This document shows, piece after piece, positions 56,470 to 64,000 of a stretch of 64,000 nt of DNA; position 1 is the first letter of the stretch, and each line of letters starts with the position of its first letter. The DNA lies in NCBI GenBank assembly GCA_964187785.1, contig OZ076414.1:34658001-34722000 (forward strand), in the 5' to 3' direction. The translations under genes were made by a program, and so were the position numbers. Below the pieces are notes generated by a model. That model saw nothing but the letters and a program-made list of their open reading frames with translations, did not search any database and was not told where the DNA came from. The stretch is from Amphiscolops sp. MND2022 (lineage: Eukaryota).

Positions 56470-57990
56470 GCTGCTATCAGTTTATCATAGACGCGGAGAA
56501 CCTCTTCCTTCTCCGTTTTGGCAATACAGCTGTCCTCGACATCAGCGGCAGTTTTTCTTTTCTAAAACAGTATTTACATGCCTGTACATTTGGCAGACTT
56601 TTTCTAGCATCCTGACCAAGCTGGTTTACCAGGGTCTTGACCAAGATTTTTGAATGTTCGTAGAGAGCGAATGAAATTTCGTCTTCGTGGGGACAAATGA
56701 GCTTTATCCTCATCCACTGCGCATATGGACGCTTTGATATTAATATCAGGTTTGGGCTTTAGATGTTTGGGATTGTTGGAGGTACGCAAATATCTTTCGT
56801 CTTTGTCACCTGTAACTTACTCGAGACTGGACTCCCAATTTCACTGTTATCGGAATCACTCTTCACTGCTTCTTCAATTAGCTGCTCCTCTCCAGTTCTG
56901 TGTTTGTTCATGTTTTGCTGCACAGCGGTGTCATTGGGGGAATGGTCTCTCTATCTCTGACTACGGTCTATTCTGTGGCGTAGGCTCAAAGAGACACGTA
57001 TTTTGATATTCCTGCAATAGCCTCCTGCATGTCCGCTGATTGGCTCGCGCTGATTCAGCTTTGCTCCGTTTTTCTCGCAGTGCCAAGGCAGTCGGCATTC
57101 CAATGGAGCTGTCCATGGAGACAACTCACAACCTTGGTGGAGGGGCGTCGGGCAATTCAATTGACCAAATTCATTGTGTGACACGTGCGCATCTGTCCAG
57201 GTCGGCCTCCATGGAATCGAGCAGTTTCTTGCTTGCATTTGGATCCACATATATCTTGAGTGCTGTCTTATCGCAATGAGCTGCTTGGCCGAAATGCGCT
57301 TGCAGTAATTTATTGTTCAATTCGCCTCGCTGCTCATTTGTTCGGTTGTCCCGGTATTTTCTTAGGCTGTTCAAGGTGAATTTGATCTTTGGGTCATCTC
57401 CAAAGAATTTTCGGAAAACATTGGTAACCTGTGACGACGCCGTAGTTTCGCAATTGTTAATGTTCTCAAAAACATACTTTGGATGTTTTGTGTCTGGCTG
57501 TTGAATTTGATTTTTTGGGGTTCAATTGACATTTTATGATGTCTATTGCGTGATTTTTGGTTTGAACCTACGTCTACGTCTCCGTGTCTTTGTGGCGATC
57601 TTCTGCGGAACTCTCGCAGGAAAATCCCTAAAAAGTTAACCTGGTCATTGAAGTTTTGCGTCCATGCTATCGCAATTTTCACTTCGAAAGATTCATGCGC
57701 ATTTGCTGTCAATGAAGGTTTTCTTTCCAGTGATGGCAGAAAATTTTACTCACCGAGGAGATTTTTTCTTTTTTCAGTCCCAACACGCGTACTGCATTCT
57801 TGAAATCTCCATATAATCTTAATTAGAGCCCCAGTACTGCAGAAGCAATTCTGCACCGACATAGAAGAATAGCAAGTTTCTGAATAGAAGCCCTGATTTT
57901 GACAACTTGGAATTTTTTCTTTTTCTTACTGGACTGCAACCTGGTTGCCCGGATTTTACCACTGTTACTACTACTTATTCAGATTCATCT
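56470..57990 (-). pseudogene. Tyrosine recombinase (Crypton-like), C-terminal catalytic half
   Basis: RK at 57357-57362, His at 57276-57278, Tyr at 57249-57251; the HxxxTAxKxY spacing matches Crypton-type YR motifs; several stops and frameshifts. Confidence 0.7.
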
Positions 57991-58428
57991 GAATTACCAA
58001 ACCTATTAAAACTCAAGTTCGAAGCAAAACTGGTGAATCGAAACATGTGCTCAGAAAACGTTTCACAAAGAACAGAGTACTGACATCTTCAATTCTGTAT
58101 CAATAATGTCAGTAATAATAATAAAAACAGTTTGAAATTTACATTCGATTCACAACAAGAAGTCCAGTTCACACGGATCTGGAAGCTGAGATCAAAATGG
58201 TTTGCTCTTAGTTAAGAACTGGAATGCTGCTATCGGTTTATCATAGACACGGAGAACCTCGTCCTCCGTTATGGCAATACAACTGTCCTCAACATCAGCG
58301 GCAATTTTTCGTTTCTAAAACAGTATTCATGTCTCTGTACGTTTGGCAGACTTTTTCTAGCACCTTGACCAAGCTGGTTTACCAGGGTCTTGACCAAGAT
58401 CTTTGAATGTTCGTAGAGAGCGAATGAA

Positions 58429-59294
58429 CATTACGTTACATATGGCGCAGAAGTGGATTTTATCATCCAGTGTAATTTTTTTCCGTAAATCGAGATCGAT
58501 ATCGAGCTGAATTATTCAGGGTAGACGCAAAAGAGTATGGCGCACAATGTTTCGCAAGATAATTTTTCCAAAAAGTGAACTGGTTTCGACATATTGACCT
58601 CTGAAGTTGAAGGCCAAGTCACCAAAGTTTGAAAAATGACAGTACCCGAAAACGCTCACAATTTAGTGTAGTGATCATCTCGCGAACTTTCAAGCCCCCA
58701 TGCTAAACTTTTCAAACGAAGGAGTATGATCCCTCCAAGTTTGAGAGTTTTGCATTTTCCGATACCTGATTGTTAACTACGTTACAGTAAGGGCTTTTAA
58801 GGAGTCGTGTGTGAAAAAAGGACCTGACAAAAAGGGCAAATGTCAATCATAATTCAGAAGTTAGAGTCGTGTTTGCAAAAGGGGAAATATTGAGTCAGTG
58901 ATACCTCCCCATAAATCGGATTGAAAACAAAGTAAAGCCACTAGTCATGATTGACAGAAAGTCATAACGATACATATGCCGCAAAAGTGGAACTTATCAT
59001 AGTGTAAACTGTATTTTCCGTAAAAAGAAAGCGAACCGTATTCTAGTCAAATAGTGCACCGTGTTCATCGCGGATTGTGATGCACATTGTAACGAGAAAT
59101 TTTGCATTGTGATCATTGTGCGTGGTTGTGTAAAGTAGTCATTTACTGTATTTCAATCACTACGCGTATCGCCAAATCACGCAGTGTAACGAGCAAAACA
59201 CGTAACGCGTATCTGAAATAATAACGCGTTTTTATTGGCTGTTAATCGAACTAGCAAGATCTTGCTAGTTCGTTGCGGCATATGTATCGTAATG
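58429..59294. mobile_element. CMC/EnSpm-like MITE (2-bp TSD) inserted in the third YR unit
   Basis: TIRs cattacgttacatatg / catatgtatcgtaatg; AA duplicated relative to the empty site gaatgaaattt at 56670; second left-end copy near 58963. Confidence 0.75.
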
Positions 59295-59893
59295 AAATAT
59301 CATCTCCATGGGGACAAATGAGCTTTATCCTCATCCACTGCGCATATGGACGCTTTGATATTAATATCAGGTTTGGGCTTTAGATGTTTGGGATTGTTGG
59401 AGGTACGCAAATATCTTTCGTCTTTGTCACCGGTAACTGACTCGAGACTGGACTCCCAATTTCACTGTTATCGGAGCCACTCTTCTCCACTAATTTTTCA
59501 ATTAGCTGCTCCTCTCCAGTTCTGTGTTTGTTCATGTTTTGCTGCACAGCGGTGTCATTGGGGGAATGGTCTCTCTATCTCTGACTACGGTCTATTCTGT
59601 GGCGTAGGCTCAAAGAGACACGTATTTTGATATTCCTGCAATAGCCTCCTGCATGTCCGCTGATTGGCTCGCGCTGATTCGGCTTTGCTCCGTTTTTCTC
59701 GCAGTGCCAAGGCAGTCGGCATTCCAATGGCAGTCGGCGGTTGTTCGTAGTCAAGTTTACTATCACCATACAAATTACTTGGTGCACAGAGGAAGTTGAT
59801 ATAGGCACAGTTTTGGGTTGAAAATAAATAGATATTCGATAATAATACAAGATGCCCGTTAAGCGCCGAGATATTTTCTGCTAAAAATATAAC

Positions 59894-59959
59894 GCATCAG
59901 CACGGGTTCGAACCCACGACCTCCCCCAGGCAGACGCACTACCAACTGCGCGATGTGAC
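59894..59959 (-). pseudogene. tRNA-derived pseudogene or SINE head
   Basis: A box tcgcgcagttgg and B box ggttcgaaccc; anticodon arm shortened; acceptor stem poor. Confidence 0.6.
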
Positions 59960-61816
59960 TAGAATTTAATAAATGGAGTAATATAATGGAGTTTTGGCAG
60001 AATTTGTAAGAAAAAGAAACGCAACACAGATTATGATTTTCTTCCCCTATTATATGTGGGTGGAAAATAATAAGAAGTGTACTTGTACAAGATATTATTG
60101 CTCACTGTTATTTTTGTTATTCACTCAAAAGATCAAAGAACACAGCAAATTTGTAAATTGTCATGGTGGGTCCGCTGACCACGTAGCCCAAACTAAGAGC
60201 TCATAATTGGTTACGTAAAATGAACAAAGAATAATTTCCAAATATACACCACTGACTTTGAAAGAAAAATCGAAAACTATACGTGAGACAAGAATATAAA
60301 AGTTTTTGTCTTCGATTTTCAGTTTTTTAGTTTAAATTTCTCATGTGGGTCAATATGTTGATTGGGTCAAAACTAGCGCTCGAATGCAATGCTACACAAT
60401 TTTACAGCTTTTTGGAGTCGGCTGAATTAGCCTATTTTCCCTTAATTTTTCTGAATCTAGTTTGAGGAGCCAAGAAGGATTATTATAGTCAAAATTACAA
60501 TTTTGACAAAATTACAATAGACAAAATACAGTTTGCGATAATATTCGAAAAGTGCAAGAACTGCAAGACGCCGGAATTTCCACGCACTGCCACCTATTAA
60601 TGATTTTTATGCGGACGGAGGTTTCGAGTGAAGCTGAAGTTCTCGTTCCCTTCTTATGTCAATGAATGCCGGTCCAAAAATAAGTGCAAACGTCGGAATT
60701 TGAAAAATTTCAGAAGCATTTTTTGGAAATTTTTTATTGATATTTTAGCACTGGTCTCTAATGTAAAATGACATCCTTTAGATTGATATAAATGGAGCTC
60801 ACTTTTGAGGTTCCGTTTCTTTTCTGAGAAGTAGTTGATCGTCAGTAGAACACTTCCTGTCGATTTTTAGAAACAGTTCTCCCACATTTGTTCTAATCCG
60901 TTTATTTCCAATAGAGCTCAGTCAAACGCTTTAAATCTTTAAATTTTCTTAATCGGAATTTCGCAGAAATAGCATGTGACTTACCTTTGGTTCGTATCGC
61001 AAAATACTTTTCTTTGTGAATTACCACTCAATTTTTTCCGTAGTAGTTTTTCTGAAAAGCTAAGGAAATTTAAATTGATTCAAATGGAGCACGTTTTTGA
61101 CATTGGTTTTAATTTTCGAGAGATGCGGTAAATGTCCTTTTTCGACTATTTTAGCGATCGTTTTCCTCCGAACTGATCCATGCGATTTTTCACAGAAAAC
61201 TTGATCAAAAGCCCATGATTTTCAAGTTATCTTGGAATCCTGAGAAAAATGTCTCTGCGTTTTGGTGATGTTCTGAAGAAAAAGTTTTCAAGAAAGCCTC
61301 CTTTTGAGCTTCTGGCTAGAAGCCAAATACTTGGCCCGCGGTCATTTCCTTTGTCAACCAGCAAGTATCAAGAAAACAATTCCGTTGGTCGTGTGTAAAA
61401 TTGTTAAGTCTAGTTTCGCAATCCGACAAAATTCCCATAATAGTTTTATTTTATGGTGTTTGAAGGAACAGGTTCGAGATAGCCCAGTGGGTGTTAACCC
61501 TGCTTGAGTAGATAGTTTATCCTGATGTTTCTCTGCAGAAATAGCCGGGTTCAATCTCTATGTTTTCCTTTTGTCTTTTTGTTGCATTTTATTAGTTGAA
61601 ACAGTTTTACACATTTTTCGCCTTTCCGCCACATGTTTTAGAGCATCAAGCGTGCGCCAGCTGGAACAGTTTCTCCTTCCAGTCTCTAATTCGAAGTTCC
61701 TAATTTGAAAAAAAACAGTACTCGTAATTTCAAGCAATTTAGGGCAAAACCCCTTGGCTTTCGTCTGGTGTAATCTTTTCGACGAAATCTCAGTTTGACT
61801 TTAGGTTTTGTTCTAG

Positions 61817-62977
61817 CACAACAGTCTCCTGAAATTGAAGAGGTTACAGTAGGAGTGAAACGAAGAGTTGAAGTTTCACCAGTTCAAACATACTCGCCCC
61901 ACTATCCGGCAAAACGAATAAAGAAGACCCCTAACATCGGCACTTTCAAAAATCCCATGGAATACTTCAATCATCTTTTTGCTGGAGCTCTGCCCATCTT
62001 CTCATTCCAAGACGAATCTGATCCCGTTACTAAAGCACCGCATTTCAAAGTGAGAATGTTTTTCAACAACCATTCCAAGAATGGATATCTATCTCTATTA
62101 GAGAAGCATTAGCACTGCGATGTTTTGTGTTCTTGGAAAAGAAATTGAAGTAAATTCTGAACCAGAGCGCGTGCTTTTGCTCATCCAAAAAGTAACATCG
62201 TAATTTCGTACCAGCACTGACAATCAAACTTTTGGGACGCGTTCTTACTTGTGCTTTTCTAGATCATTGAAAACTTACTTAGTGGCAGATTCAAAATACA
62301 TTTGTTGATTCCGCCATACATTGGTGCCATCATTGAAGAGGGAAGATTGTCTTGAAACAAATATTGCTCTGTTTCTTTTAATGTAGTTGAGGTATCTGCC
62401 ATTGAAGATCACATTAGGAATCATATTAAGCATAATAATAAGCAAACGCTTTCAGAATAAGTTCATCTCAACTCCTCGAGGAGGGGGAATTTCTTCAGCA
62501 AAACCCAAACCAGCCGAACGAAGTTTTTTTTGGAAATGCTTTTTCTAGACGGGATCCTAGGCAGATGCTTCCACATACATGGCTAACGTAGTGTTTCTAT
62601 TCGATTCAATGGATTAGACCTCTTTTACCCACGCCTTTTATTCATGTATTTTCATACTGATTCTTTATTCTTCATAAGGTTCTAAAATATATAGAAAACA
62701 TTCCATTGCAGACAAAAATATTTTCCAAGTCGAATATGATTCAATTTAAAATGTGTGGATCGTATAATACTTGATAGTGTTAATACTTGATAGTGTCTTA
62801 CTGTCAAACAGCCATGTCTTATTTATAAAGTTTCAATGAGTTTACTTTATATTTTAGGCGTCAATAACTGTTGGTGATCAAACATACACTGGGTCAGGTT
62901 CATCGAAGAAGGATGCCAAGCAGATGTGTGCTGCTGATTACATTGGTCACATCAAGGCACCTGAAGTTGCAGAACGG
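61817..62977 (+). CDS. dsRNA-binding-domain protein (ADAR2- or ILF3/STRBP-like), exons 61817-62049 and 62858-62977; gene continues beyond
   Basis: Spliced product KRRVE...AKRIKKTP...KNPMEYFNHLF...KAPHFK|ASITVGDQTYTGSGSSKKDAKQMCAA: a bipartite basic NLS followed by a complete dsRBD; AAA|gtgaga and CGG|gtaagt donors. Confidence 0.85.
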
Positions 62978-64000
62978 GTAAGTTGTATATCAGGTGGATC
63001 AACATTAGTCAGACGTGTAGTGCTTTTTGAGTCATCTAAATGGCTTTTGTTGAGATTTGCTTTTTTGGTTTTATTTCTTTCCTTTTTTGGATCTCTTTCA
63101 CTTTGCCCACCCCCCTTTTGACTCGTTACACTATGTCCCCCTCCTGTATTCGTTTTCATTCTCAAATCTCCACTCAGCCAATTAGAAGCGTTGATACTTC
63201 ATACATGTATTTAAGAGCGTTTCACTTTGCCCCCCTTTTTTTGCCATGGGGGACATGATGAAACAGAAGAGATCCTTTTTTCTAATGTTTCGCTTTCACT
63301 GAATTTTGGTTAATATTAGAAAAAAGGGATTTTTTAAAACCTGATTTTGCAAAGTTGAGCTGTTCAGATAGACAGAATGGAGATGATTCGGCACATACGA
63401 GTTCTTTTGCACAACATCGAAGACATTGATTAGTTTTGGAATTAGCAAAAGATTCAAAAATTCAATAAAAAGGTCATAGCTTGTAGTTTTCTTTTGAAAA
63501 TATAGGTAGCTGATTTTACATGATGGCGGCAACCTTACAAACATTTGCAAAACAACTGTCATTGTGTCGGCGCCTGAAACATCCCGTTTTATCTCTTCTG
63601 TTGATAGAAAAGGCTTCATCAGAATCCTTTTCTGACATCCTCTTCAACGAGAACGCATTAGTTGATTGGAAGCTATACAAAATCAATAACTATTAAAAAC
63701 CGTGTAGGAGAACATTATAGTAAAGTACCAAATGATTTTTTCTTGCGTAGTTACTCACGTAAAACGAATAGATGTTGCATTCCTCTGATTAATCGAGTAG
63801 CAACAGGTCATTTTCCACTGACTGAACTCGTTTCAGTTGCTGTACTTGTACCAAAACCAACAAGGGGTCACTCCTGTGCCGCAACCGTTACAAACTGGGG
63901 TCATGCAGCGAACAGGAGCGGGGCAATCAGGTCATTGGATGTTGTCGCCCTCTAAGCCGGGACAGTTTAGATTCACTTTTCTGCCCAATGAATCTCCGGC

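Larger units (their letters stand above)
52425..59730 (-). mobile_element. Head-to-tail array of three ~1.75-kb Crypton-like tyrosine-recombinase element units (two interrupted)
   Basis: Junction motif gtgct...aaacgtttcacaaa...agtactgaca recurs near 52456, 56303, 58045; the intact middle unit encodes YVF...TLNSLRKY...AAHCDKTALKIYV. Confidence 0.75.

Overview
AT-rich, intron-containing animal (probably invertebrate) genomic DNA; the species cannot be determined from the sequence, and all alignments below were done by eye. Host genes: (1) the 5' coding part of a four-and-a-half-LIM (FHL/Limpet-type) gene on the minus strand (918-1841), whose ATG is split by an intron; (2) the PH-MORN-VPS9 part of an alsin (ALS2) gene on the plus strand, 18 phase-compatible exons from 6319 to the stop at 43592, including two extra Ser/Pro-rich exons inside the MORN array; (3) the start of a dsRBD protein gene (ADAR2/ILF3-like, 61817-62977); (4) one tRNA-Lys(CTT). 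Most of the rest is transposable-element DNA: a full-length but dead BEL/Pao LTR retrotransposon (14706-24085), Helentron-type non-autonomous elements (HINEs), a ~495-bp tandem array ending at a HINE terminus, hAT, MULE and Tc1 remnants, many TIR MITEs with readable TSDs, a Helitron-like element carrying an SGNH hydrolase pseudogene, a head-to-tail array of a Crypton-like tyrosine-recombinase element, and a Penelope-like RT lacking an endonuclease. The most unusual observations are a ~145-bp GCGAAGC-rich module sitting in the middle of several unrelated MITE families, and the tandem tyrosine-recombinase array.
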